DNA of 64,000 bases from Mycoplasmatales bacterium (GCA_965200605.1 CBDATW010000002.1:30089-94088); one strand, 5' to 3'; positions 29,830-41,860 are shown, counted from the first letter of the stretch. A program made the numbers and translations. The notes: generated by a model from the sequence alone, not told the origin.

Positions 29830-31558
29830 ATGTCATATAGAACACATAATTGTGGCCAATTAACCAAAAAAGATATAGGAAAAAATGTTATTCTTTCTGG
29901 TTGAGTTCAAAAATCAAGAAGAATGGGTCAAAAAGTATTTATCGATATAAGAGATAAATATGGAATTACCCAAATTGTTTTTGATAATAATTCACCATTT
30001 GTTAAATTAGCTAATGATTTACGATCTGAATTTGTTATAAGAGTGGAAGGTAAAGTTATTGAAAGAAAATCAAAAAATTCCAAAATGCCAACTGGGGATA
30101 TTGAAATTATAGCTTCTAATCTTGTAGTTTTAGCTCAAGCCAAAACTACACCCTTGATTATTGATGATACAACAGATGCCCTTGAAGATGTTAGAATGAA
30201 ATATCGATATCTTGATATTAGAAGAAACCCTATACGAAAAAATATTGAACTTAGACACAAAGTAACAAAATCTATTAGAGATTTTTTGGACAATCATGAT
30301 TTTACTGATGTTGATACTCCCATTATTGACCAAAGCAACAATTGAGGGAGCAAGAAATTATGTTGTGCCATCAAGAATAAATCAAGGTAAATTTTATGCC
30401 CTACCTCAATCGCCTCAATTATTTAAACAATTACTAATGATTGGTGGCCTTGAAAGATATTATCAGATTGCTAAATGTTTTAGAGATGAAGACCTTAGAG
30501 CAGATCGTCAACCTGAATTTACTCAACTTGATATAGAAGCATCATTTTTAGAGCAAAAAGAATTTCAATCGTTAATTGAAAAATTATTTCAAAAAATATT
30601 TAGAGATATTAAGGGAATTGATATTAAAATACCATTTGATAAATTGTCTTATCATCAAGCAATGACTATATATGGATCAGATAAACCTGATGTAAGATTT
30701 GATTTAAAATTAAATGATGTAACAGATATTTTTGACAATACTGAATTTACCATTTTTAAATTAGCAAAAAATATTCAAGCTATTTCATTTGACCAAATTA
30801 TTGAGAAAAAACAAATAGCAAAATTAGAATATATAGCAAAAGAATATGGAGCAAAAGGACTAATATGAGCCTATGTTGAAAATAATGATATTTCTTCACC
30901 AATTGCTAAATTTTGTAAAGAACAATTACTTGATGTTGCAAATCAATTAAAATCAAGTGATAAATCAACTCTATTATTTGTAGCAGATCAAAAAGAGATA
31001 GCACAAGTTTCTCTTGGAGCAGTTAGATTAGAAATTTCAAAAATCTTTAATTTAACTAAAAAAGATGATTATAATTTAATTTGAATAGAAGATTGACCAC
31101 TATTTGAAAAAAGTGATGATGGCAAATGAATATCGGCACATCACCCATTCACTTCGCCAATAAAAGATCATTTGGAGAGCTTTGTTAAAGATCCACAAAA
31201 AGCACTAGCTCAAGCATATGATTTGGTTCTAAATGGTTATGAAATTGGAGGTGGCTCTGTAAGGATATTTAATCAAGAAGTGCAAAGAAATGTATTTAAA
31301 ACACTTGGATTAAGTGATTATGAGATTAAAGAGCAATTTGGATTCTTTATTTCAGCCTTCGATTATGGAACACCGCCTCATTGTGGTATTGCATTTGGTA
31401 TAGATAGGATTGTAATGCTCTTGTCGCCAAATGCCCAAAGTATTAGGGATGTAATTGCATTCCCCAAAAATTCAAATGCCATTTGCCCGATGAGCGAGGC
31501 ACCAAGTAAAATTTTGGATCAAGAATTAAAAGAATTAAAAATTAAAATAGGAGATTAA
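29830..31558 (+). pseudogene. aspS: aspartyl-tRNA synthetase, with one +1 frameshift as sequenced
   Basis: RTHNCGQL N-terminus and OB domain. The frame changes at CCC 30319-21 (DTP / [18 protein letters not shown]). Then [18 protein letters not shown] and [19 protein letters not shown]. Confidence 0.9.
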
Positions 31559-31559
31559 A

Positions 31560-33533
31560 ATGATTAGACAAATAAAAGCTATTCCCAAGGCACTATCAAA
31601 CTCAGTGAGATTTTTTGGAGTTGATGCTGTTAACTTTGCAAATTCAGGTCATCCAGGAATTTGTTTAGATGCAGCTCCAATGATTACAGAATTATTTACT
31701 AGGCACTTAAAAGCAACAGCAGCAAATTCAAAATGAATAAATAGAGATAGATTTGTAATGTCAGCTGGTCATGGTTCAGCGCTATTATATTCAATTTTAT
31801 TCCATATGGGATATAATATTTCTTTAAAAGATTTAAAAAACTTTAGGCAACTAGATTCAAATACGCCTGGCCATCCAGAATTTAATCATACAGATGGAGT
31901 AGATGCAACATCAGGCCCTCTAGGACAAGGAGTTGCCCAAGCTGTGGGTATGGCAATGGCCGAAAGATATCTTAGTGAAAAATTTAATAAGGATGATTAT
32001 GAAATATTTGATCACTATACTTATGCCTTAATTTGCGATGGAGATTTACAAGAGGGAATATCATATGAAGCAATGTCTCTTGCTGGACACTTAGGTTTAG
32101 AAAAACTTATTTTTCTATATGACTCAAATGATTATCAATTAGATGGAGCAGTCGAAGATGCATATAGTGATAATTTAAAATCAAGGTGCGAATCACAAGG
32201 TTGAAATTACATTCCAGTTAGTCAAGGAGAAGATACTGCTGCAATTGGAAGAGCAATTTTAAAAGCCAAAAAACAAAGCTTACCAACTATGATTGAAATT
32301 AAAACAACTCTTGGTATTGGTACATCCATGGCTGATACTGCCGATACTCATGGGGCACCAATTGGTAAAGAAGAAAGAGATGCTGCTGCTAAATATTTTA
32401 AATATGAACAACCACCATTTGTTATTCAAGAGGATGCTAAAAGAACATTTTCAAATATTATAGATAGTAAAAAAATTGCCTATGAAGAGTGAAGTAATAT
32501 GTTTGCATCTTACAAAAAACAATTTCCCAATGAATATGCATCACTAAATAAATTAATTAATAATAGTATTGAAATTGATCTTATAGAGCATATAAAAACT
32601 AAATTAGGCTCATCAGAAGCTACCAGAAATCATTCACCAGAAATCATTAAAGCACTAACATCACTTCATCCTGCATTTATTGGTGGATCGGCAGATTTAA
32701 AAAAATCTACTAAAGTATCTGGTATAGGAGAATTTTTAAATTCAAAAGGTACAAACATTAATTATGGAGTTAGGGAATTTGCTATGGCTGCTATTTCTAA
32801 TGGTATTGCACTTCATGGTATGATTAAGCCCTATGCTTCAACATTCTTTATTTTCTCAGATTATGCAAAACCGGCAATTAGACTATCAGCTCTTCAAAAT
32901 TTACCTGTCACATATATTTTTACACATGATTCAATTATGGTTGGAGAAGATGGTCCTACTCATGAACCTATCGAACAACTAACTTCATTAAGATCAATTC
33001 CTAATCATAATGTCATAAGGCCAGCTGATAAAAAAGAGACAATTTTGGCCTATCAAGAAGCCATTAATTCTAAAAAAACGCCTACATCAATTGTGCTTAC
33101 AAGACAAAATGTAGAAAATGTATCAAAAGTAAGCAAAACCAGTTTTAAAAAAGGTGCCTACATTATAAAAGAAGCATCAAAAAGTAAGCCAGATTTAACT
33201 ATTGTAGCCACTGGCTCTGAAGTATCAAGTGTTCTTGGAGCTTTAAAAGATATGCCTAAGTCAAAATCAAATAAAATTGCAGTTGTTTCTATGCCATCTA
33301 CTTTCTATTTTGATCAACAAAATAAGGAATATCAAAATAAAATTATTCCAGATAGAAACAAAACACTGTTTATAGAATTATCAGATGGAGCATTTGGATA
33401 CAAATATGCACAACATGTATATTCGCTATTTAATCAATTTGGTTATTCAGCGCCAGGGGAAGATGTATTGAAAAAAATGAAATTCTCAAAAGATGATATA
33501 ATTAAAGTTATAGAAAAGTTGTTAAAAGGATAA
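31560..33533 (+). CDS. tkt: transketolase
   Basis: [22 protein letters not shown] and [11 protein letters not shown] motifs, plus the [17 protein letters not shown] transketolase signature. One frame with several TGA. Confidence 0.9.
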
Positions 33534-33536
33534 AAT

Positions 33537-33758
33537 ATGGATTATAGTATTGTTGTAGTATTGTTTATAGTGCTAATTTCAGCTGGAGCTGGTTTTCTTG
33601 GGGGAGCATTTTATTCCAAAAAAAGAACAGAAAAAGAATTAAAAGAAAATCCCCCTATTTCTGAAAAACAAATTAGGGCCATGTATGCCTCAATGGGAAG
33701 AACACCATCTGAGACCCAAGTTCAATCAACATTAAGAGCAATGGGATTAAAGAAATAA
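33537..33758 (+). CDS. small membrane protein, YneF/UPF0154-like
   Basis: 73 aa. An N-terminal TM segment is followed by PPISEKQIRAMYASMGRTPSE, typical of UPF0154. Confidence 0.6.
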   Translation: MDYSIVVVLFIVLISAGAGFLGGAFYSKKRTEKELKENPPISEKQIRAMYASMGRTPSETQVQSTLRAMGLKK

Positions 33759-33777
33759 CAGCATAGCTGTTTTTTTA
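33757..33777 (+). terminator. intrinsic terminator after tkt-yneF
   Basis: AACAGC ata GCTGTT followed by T6. Overlaps the 3' end of convergent plsY. Confidence 0.55.
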
Positions 33778-34383
33778 TTTACCAGACTTCATTATTTTTC
33801 CTGCAAATAAGTCTTTAAAGTTTTTTTGATGTTTAACCATAACTAATGATCAGATCAACATAGTATAAATAAATGATCCACCATATGGATAATCAAAAAC
33901 AATACTTGATGAAGCAAAATATGATGAAATTAGTATTACATTAACAACAATTAATGTAGCTCCAAACATATATTTAAATTTTTTATTAATCAATATCATT
34001 ATCATACAAAGAGTAAAAGGAATTCAAAAATTTTGTGTTGCAAATGCAAATCCAATCATTGAGGCAACCCCCTTACCACCATAAAATTTATTTCAAAAAG
34101 GAAAAACATGACCAACTACTGAAAATCCACCAGCTAGCATTATTGTTTTATAATTACTTTTAAAAACATAATGCATAATAAAAAATACTGCAAGAGTTTT
34201 AACAGCATCTAAAATTGATGGAAAAATAGCAATCTTTCAACCAACAGCTCTTGATAAATTGGTTCCACCAATACTTTTAGACCCAATTTTGGTTAAATCA
34301 ACCTTATAAATTTTAGCTGTAATTGCTGTATAAGATACTGCCCCCATTAAATAACCAAATAAAATAGCAATAAAATAATTCAC
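33775..34383 (-). CDS. plsY: glycerol-3-phosphate acyltransferase PlsY
   Basis: GTG 34383 after GGAG. VNYFIAILFGYLMGAVSY..IGSKSIGGTNLSRAVG..GGKGVA. Polytopic, with several TGA. 609 nt. Confidence 0.8.
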
Positions 34384-34459
34384 ATAATCTCCTAGCAATA
34401 TAAATGATACCACAATATAAAAAACTTTTTTTGATATAATTAATGATATAGGAAAATAG

Positions 34460-36364
34460 ATGTTTGATTATAATGCCAGTTCAATTAAAATCATAAAAGG
34501 TCTTGATGCTGTTAGAAAAAGACCTGGTATGTATATTGGATCAACTGATAATAAGGGCCTTCATCATTTGGTTTGAGAAATAGTCGATAATTCAATTGAT
34601 GAGGCCTTATCAGGTTTTTGCAATGAAATTAAGGTTATTTTAAATAAAGATGATTCTATTACAATTTCAGACAACGGAAGAGGCATTCCAGTTGAAAAGC
34701 ATGAATCAGGAAAAACAGCAGTTGAAGTTATATTTACTGAATTACATGCTGGTGGTAAATTTGATTCATCAAATTATAAAACAGCTGGTGGACTTCACGG
34801 AGTAGGTGCATCAGTAACTAACGCTTTATCAAAGTTATTAAAAGTTGAAATTAAAAGAAATAAAAAAATTTATCAAATTGTTTTTGAAGATGGAGGCAAA
34901 ATTAAAGAATCTCTTAAAGAAGTTGGAAAAACTAATCAAACTGGAACTTCTGTTACCTTTGTTCCAAATGATAATATTTTTTCTACAACAGAGTTTTCAT
35001 ATGTAAAAATTCAAGAAAAATTAAAAGAAAAAGCTTACTTAATACCTAGTTTAAAAATAATTCTTATTGATAAAAAATCTCAATCAGAAGAAATATTTTC
35101 ATTTAAAAATGGACTTATTGATTATTTAAATGATATTTGTTTTGATGACAAGGAAGTTCACAAAGCAGTTATTTATAATGAATCAGTCACTGGCATGGAT
35201 ATGACTTTTGTTTTTAAATATGTTGCTAGCGAAAAAGAAAAGCTTCTTTCATTTGCAAATAATGTTAGAACTACTGATGGCGGAACACATGAAACTGGAT
35301 TGAAGTTAGGTTTTACAAGAGCAATAAATGATTTTGCTACAAAAAATGATTTAACAAAAACTAAATTTTCTGGAGAAGATATCAGAGAAGGTCTTGCTTG
35401 CATTATATCTTTAAAAATTGCAGAGCAGTATTTAGAATTTGATGGTCAAACAAAAAATAAATTAGGAACTCCCCAAGCAAAATCAGCTGTTGAAAACTTT
35501 ATTTACAAAAAAGTTGATATATTTCTATCGGAAAACCGAATAATTGCAGTTAATATTATAAACAAGATAATGGAAACTAAAAAAGCCAGAGATGCTGCTA
35601 AAAAGGCACGCCAAGATGCAAAAGTAACTAAAAAAACTTTAGCTAAAGATAGAATTTTATCTGGAAAATTAACACCAGCTCAATCAAAAGATCCAAAAAT
35701 AAAAGAATTATACATTGTTGAGGGTGATTCTGCAGGAGGTTCAGCAAAACAAGGTAGAGATAGAAAAACTCAAGCTATCTTACCTCTGAAGGGAAAAGTT
35801 TTAAATGTAGAAAAACTTCCCTTGGCAAAAGTGATTCAAAATGAAGAAATTGCAACAATTATTTCAGTCATTGGTGCAGGTGTTGGAAAAACATTTGATC
35901 TTAGCAAATTAAAATATCATAAAATTATTATTATGACAGATGCCGATGATGATGGAGCCCATATTCAAACTTTGATTTTAACATTTTTGTATCGCTATAT
36001 GCCCTTGGCTATAAAAAAAGGTTATGTATATATTGCCCAACCACCATTGTATAAATTAGCCAATGGTAATAATTCTCAATATGCCTGAGATGAAATGGAA
36101 TTAAATAAATTAAAATCTGCAATTAAAGGGAAATATATTATTCAAAGATATAAGGGCCTTGGTGAAATGAACCCCGATCAACTTTGAGATACAACAATGA
36201 ATCCCAAGAATAGAAAAATTGTTCAAGTAACAATTGAAGATTCAATTATTGCTGAAAGAAGAGTTACAACATTGATGGGTTCTAATGTGGAAGCCAGAAG
36301 AAACTGAATTAATCACAACATTAATTTTACTCTTGAAGATAACTTTAAAAAAGGAGATTTTTAA
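34460..36364 (+). CDS. parE: DNA topoisomerase IV subunit B
   Basis: [32 protein letters not shown] and [11 protein letters not shown] motifs. Paired with parC directly downstream. Confidence 0.85.
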
Positions 36365-36366
36365 TT

Positions 36367-38850
36367 ATGAATAACAACATATTAATCCCCCTTGAAGATA
36401 TAATAAGTGATTCATTTGGTAAATATTCAAAATATATTATTCAAGATAGAGCAATTCCTGATTGTAGAGATGGACTAAAGCCTGGTCAACGTAGAATTAT
36501 CTATGCAATGTTTAATGATGGCAATATTCATTCTAAACCATATCGTAAATCTGCCAAAACAGTTGGTAATGTAATTGGTAATTATCATCCTCATGGTGAT
36601 TCTTCGGTTTATGCAGCAATGGTTAGAATGTCCCAAAATTGAAAACTTAGATATCCTTTAATTGATATGCATGGAAATAATGGCTCAATTGATGATGATC
36701 CAGCTGCTGCAATGCGTTATACAGAAGCAAGAATGTCAAAAATTGCATCAATGCTTATTGAAAACTTAAACGATGACACTATTCCCTGATCATATAACTT
36801 TGATGATACTGAACTTGAACCAGTAGTTCTAACATCAAAAATACCTAATCTTTTAATAAATGGAGCAAGTGGTATTGCTTCTGGTTATGCAACTGAAATT
36901 CCTCCTCATAATTTAACTGAAATTTTAGAAGCTGCTATTTTTATAATTGAAAATCCAAATGCAGAATCTAGTGAATTAATGAAAATAATTAAAGGCCCAG
37001 ATTTTCCAACAGGTGGCATTATTTCTAATGTTTCAGGAATTAAAAATGCTTTTGAAACAGGTAGTGGAAGAATTTTAATAAGAGCCAAAACTAAGATTAG
37101 TAAAAATGAAATTGCTATTAGTGAAATTCCATTTGGAGTTTATAAATCAAATTTGGTAAAAGAAATTGAAACAACAATTGTTAATTCTTCAATTTCAGGA
37201 GTGACATATATTCGTGATGAATCAGATCGAAAAGGGTTAAAAATTGCAATTGGTTTAAATGGAACAATTGACGGTCAAACAATTTTAAATTTCTTGTATC
37301 AAAAAACTAAATTACAAATTTGATACAGCTACAATATGGTTTCAATTGTTGATAAAAAACCTCTATTAACTGGAGTAAAAACCCTTGTTAAAAAATTTGT
37401 TGAACATCAAATTAAAATTTTAATAAATAAATTCAAATTTAAAAAAGCAAAGCTTGAAGAAAAAATCCATATTCTTGAAGGCTTGATAACTGCTATTGAA
37501 AATATTGATGAAGTAATTTCCATTATTAGAAAATCTAATTCTAAAGCTGAATCAAAAGAAAATATTATTAATCAATTTAATTTTAGTGATAAGCAAGCAG
37601 AAGCAATTGTTAATTTAAGATTGTATAGACTTTCGGCAACTGATATCAAAGAAGTTCAAGATCAACATCAAAATTTAAAATCACAATTAGATAAAATCAA
37701 TAAAATTTTAGTCTCTTCAAATAGAATCAATAAAGAAATGATAAAAGAATTAAATGCTATTAAAGAAGAATTTGGCGATAAAAGAAGATCAAGGATATCG
37801 CGCACAATTGAAATCCAAAAAATTGACAAAAAAGATTTAATAAAATTAGAACCAACATGAATTTCTCTGTCAAAAGATGGTTATATTAAGCGTTCAACAC
37901 CAAAATCATATCTAAGTTCAATGGGAATTGATTTAAACCCACAAGATGTGTTAATGGCTGAATTTAGCACTGATACATTTTCATATGTAGTCCTATTCTT
38001 TGATAATGGAAATTTTGCCTCAATTCCAATCCATGCAATAAAATTAACTAAATGAAAAGATAAAGGCCAACACATTTCTTCGCTTTTGACATTATCATCT
38101 GAAATAAATGTAGTAAAAGCCTTCATTTATAAGGAAGGAGATGATTTTAATATTATTTTAGGCTCAACAGTAGGAATGGTTAAGAAAACTTCAATTTCAT
38201 CATTTATCTTAAAAAGATGAAAAGTTTTATCTGTTGCAATGAAATTAAATGATGGTATTAAATTAATTGGAGCATATAGGGAATATGATAAAACTTGAAT
38301 TACATTTATTTCCCAATCTGGATTTGCTAATAAATTTGATTCCTATGATATTAGCGTCCTATCTCCTAAGTCAGCTGGAGTTAAAGGTATAAAATTAGTA
38401 GATGAATTAGCTGTTGGTATGGTTGCCTACAAACAAAGTGATAATTTAGTTTTTATAACTGATAAAAATCAAGCTAAAAGATTAGATTCAAATAAATTGC
38501 CGCAAAGCTCAAGAACCACAAAAGGTACTAGAATAAATAAAGTTATTAAAACTAATCCTCAAAGTGTAATTTGAGCAGAAAAAGCCACTACAAGTGATAT
38601 AATTCAATTAACTACTCAAAGTGGAACAATTAAAATTGATGTAACTAAGATACCACTTTTGGAATTAAAAGATGGTAATAATAAATTTATTAGTAAAAAA
38701 GATATAATTTATTCAGCTATGATTTTAACAACAAACAACAAAAAAATAGTAAAATTAAAGAAAGATGAAAAATTAACTCAAGAAGTTTTTAAAGAAAAAA
38801 ACAAAAAGAAAGGTCAAATTAATTTATTTGACATATTAGATGATATTTAA
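36367..38850 (+). CDS. parC: DNA topoisomerase IV subunit A
   Basis: [21 protein letters not shown] (QRRI is ParC-like rather than the GyrA HRRI), [11 protein letters not shown], and the active-site [10 protein letters not shown]. One frame across four track ORFs. Confidence 0.85.
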
Positions 38851-38851
38851 A

Positions 38852-39367
38852 ATGAGATTATTTAAACCCACATATTACTTAGATTCAGTATTTGATATTG
38901 ACATAAAAAAATTACAAAAACAAGGTTTTAAACTTGCAATTTTTGATTTAGACAATACATTGGTTTCAAGTAACAAATTTAAAGCTCCAGCTAGAATTAA
39001 AAAATTATTTAATAATTTTAAAAAACATAATATTCAAGTTGCTATTGTTTCAAATAATAAAAGAGCAAGAGTTGTTAAATTCTGCAGTGATCTTAATATA
39101 CCTTATATGGGCTTGGCCCGAAAACCCCTTAAAACAAGTTTTAAAAAAGTTATTAAAAATTTTGATAATTTAGATCTAACCCAAATCATCATGATTGGAG
39201 ATCAAATTTTAACTGATATTGCATATGCCAACAGAAATAAAATTACTTCAATTTTAGTTAAACCTGTTAATCCATCTGATGATTGTTTACCAACAAAAAT
39301 TAATCGAAAAATTGAAAAGAAAATACTTAAAAAATTAAAAAAGAAAAATGAACTTAAAACACAATAA
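38852..39367 (+). CDS. yqeG: YqeG-family HAD-IIIA phosphatase
   Basis: ATG 38852. FDLDNTL HAD motif I, SNN, and GDQILTDI motif. Confidence 0.75.
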   Translation: MRLFKPTYYLDSVFDIDIKKLQKQGFKLAIFDLDNTLVSSNKFKAPARIKKLFNNFKKHNIQVAIVSNNKRARVVKFCSDLNIPYMGLARKPLKTSFKKVIKNFDNLDLTQIIMIGDQILTDIAYANRNKITSILVKPVNPSDDCLPTKINRKIEKKILKKLKKKNELKTQ

Positions 39368-39377
39368 CAGGAGAGAG

Positions 39378-39510
39378 ATGAATTGTTTTGGCTGTGAAAT
39401 TAAACATAAAGATACACAACCAACTAGTGTTGGTTATATTCCAAATAAAAAAATTAAAAACACCAACTTTTATATCAAAGATGTTTTACAATAAAGCACT
39501 ATAATTTAGG
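39378..39510 (+). pseudogene. yqeH: relic of ribosome-biogenesis GTPase YqeH (N-terminal zinc-finger region only)
   Basis: GGAGAG RBS and ATG 39378. MNCFGCEIKHKDTQPTSVGYIPNKKIKNTNFY, then after a frame change at about 39474 QRCFTIKHYN. This is the CxxC..CxRCFxxxHYN finger of YqeH. No GTPase domain follows, and the nadD RBS starts at 39508. Confidence 0.55.
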
Positions 39511-39516
39511 AGAAAA

Positions 39517-40572
39517 ATGAAAATATTAATTTTTGGGGGAAAATTTAACCCTATCCACATAGGTCATAAAGCTATTATTCAAGAAGTTGAAAAACAGCTT
39601 ACTTTTGATGAAATATGATTAATGCCAAATGGTATTGAGGAAAATTCAAGATTTATTGGAGATAAATATAGGTTAAAAATAATTGAAAATTTTTGTAATA
39701 AAAATAATTATAAATTAGTTGATATTGAAGCTTTGCAAGAACAATACATTAACACAATTGATACAGCCCAGCATTTAACAAATATTTATGATTATGAATT
39801 TTATTTCTTAATTGGTACTGATCAGTTAAAAAACTTTAAAAAATGACCAGATTATAAAAAACTATCTAATTTATTTAAATTTATTTCTGTTTCCAGAAAA
39901 GGTTTTAAAAATCCAAATGATACTAAACTAAATATTCAACATATCAAAGTTGATGCTCCTGATGTTTCATCTACACAATTTAGAAAAGGGGATTTATCAG
40001 TTGTTGATAAAGAAGATTTAATAGTTCTGGCATCTGATATTCTGTTTTGAAAAAACTATCTTAAATCAACACTAAGTGAAAAAAGATATGTACATTCATT
40101 AAATGTTGCATCAAAAGCAAAGGAATTGGCAGAAAAATTTTTACCAAATAAAATTAAAGATGCTCATTTAGCTGCCTTGATTCATGACATTACAAAAGAA
40201 TGAAGCCCAGAAAAACACAAGCAATATATTGATGAGAAAATTATTAACAACGAATTACCTGATACTTGACATCAGTGAAGTGGATCAAAATATGTTGAGG
40301 AATTAGGTATAACTAATAAACAAATATTATTAGGCATTAAAAATCACACAACAACTGCAATGGAAATGAATGATTTTGATAAATTAATTTATTGTGCTGA
40401 TAAAACATCTGATGAAAGAGATTATGATGAGTTGCCAGCAATTAAAAAAGCCTGCCAAATTTCATTAGATGATTGTTTTAAAGCATGTTTTAATGCCAAA
40501 ATGCAGTATTTAAAAAAACATAATATAAAAATTACACCAAGAACTCAAAAGCTAATCAACCGATGAAAATAA
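39517..40572 (+). CDS. nadD: nicotinate-nucleotide adenylyltransferase fused to a YqeK-type HD phosphohydrolase domain
   Basis: N-terminus ILIFGGKFNPIHIGH (NadD (H/T)xGH motif). C-terminal half has RYVHSLNVA..AALIHDITKE (HD domain, YqeK-like). One frame of 351 aa. Confidence 0.8.
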
Positions 40573-40577
40573 AAAAT

Positions 40578-41357
40578 CTAGAGATGATTCTTTAGGTTTT
40601 TTATTTTATATTTTCAAATATCTAAATATATTTGTTTGGGATTAGCATCATACATCATATTAGCTCAAATTGCTCACATTAAATTTTGAAAGTTATTTCA
40701 AATTTCAATTTTTTCTCATGGAACATCATTATTATCAAAATATTCTTTAATAAAAATTTTCTTGTATTTAGTATCATATAAATTATTTTCATTTAAAAAG
40801 CTTACAACATCAAATAATGGATCATTTAATCCAGCATATTCTCAATCAATTAAATATAGCTTCTTATTAGTAAACAAAAAATTTCCTGGTGTTAAATCAT
40901 TATGACAAAGTATTAAATCTTTTTTAGCTGGATATATTTTTTGAGCTTTTTTAACTAAGTGTTGATATTTTGAATAATTAAATAATGGCTTTTTAACACC
41001 TTTTAAATAATCATTAATAATTTCTTGGGGATAAAAGATAACATTGGTTTTTATGGCTTTGTTATGGAGTTTTTTTACAATGTTGGCAATTTTTAATACT
41101 TTTTCTTCATTAACTGCCTCATCTTCAAGCGTTTTACCATCTTTATGAAAAGTAGTTATTTTCACTTCTTCATTAATTAATAAAATTTCAGTATCAAATT
41201 CTTTTACTAGATGATAAAGTAGAATTTCATTATTTTTAACCAAATTGGAATATTTCTTAATAATATAGCCATTATTAGTAACAAAATTGGTATTGGTAAT
41301 ACCTCTATCAATTTGTTTAAATTCTATATCCTTTTGAAAATATTTATTAAAATCCAT
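40578..41357 (-). CDS. choline/ethanolamine-kinase-like phosphotransferase (APH fold)
   Basis: ATG 41357 (TATAAT and GAGGA upstream). Brenner motif LCHNDLTPGNFL and LIDWEYAGLNDPLFDV. TAG 40578-80. Checked for internal stops. Confidence 0.65.
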
Positions 41358-41451
41358 TTTATCCTCAAAAATTATTATAACAATATGATTAAAATTATTT
41401 AAGATAATTATGCAAAGATTTTTTATTAATATCAAAAAGAAAATAATAAAA

Positions 41452-41471
41452 CTAGGCTATTTTTAGCCTAG
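41452..41471 (-). terminator. orphan hairpin with a U-tail on the minus strand
   Basis: CTAGGCT / AGCCTAG 7-bp stem. On the minus strand it is followed by TTTTATTATTTTCTTTTT. No annotated minus-strand gene lies upstream of it. Confidence 0.4.
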
Positions 41472-41551
41472 CTACGATGTTGAAAAGTTAAAAATTAATA
41501 GATTAAAAACCACAAGTTTTAATAAGTTTAAAAACCAAGTAAAATAATTTA

Positions 41552-41568
41552 AAGTTAGAAACTAACTT
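41552..41568. promoter_or_regulatory. 17-bp palindrome overlapping the -35 region of the 41619 operon
   Basis: AAGTTAGaaaCTAACTT lies 19 nt upstream of TATAAT (41587-92). Confidence 0.3.
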
Positions 41569-41618
41569 AATTTTTGTAATTTCAACTATAATATATATAA
41601 AGGAACTAGGAGATTAAT

Positions 41619-41858
41619 ATGTTAACAAATAGAACAAGAATTATTTTAACATTAAAAGTTATTACATCAATTATGGTAGGCCTTGTAGCATCTATGTTAA
41701 GTTTTCTATTTAAATTCAATCGCATTGTTGAAATTTTTGCTATTTCAGCAATTTCGACATTTATTGTTTTGAATTTTATAATTTGATCAATAAAAAAGGC
41801 ATTTAAACAAAATATTTATACTGGGTTTGATTTAAATATATTTAAAAATATTAAGTAA
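41619..41858 (+). CDS. small hypothetical membrane protein
   Basis: AGGAG RBS, 79 aa, two hydrophobic segments (VITSIMVGLVASMLSFLF and IFAISAISTFIVLNFIIW), one TGA. Confidence 0.5.
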
Positions 41859-41860
41859 TT

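Noticed and set aside
41358-41435. N-terminal extension of the kinase-like ORF (TTG 41435, MILIKNLCIIILNNF..).
   Set aside because: The extension covers the gene's own TATAAT and GAGGA signals. ATG 41357 is preceded by a proper RBS.
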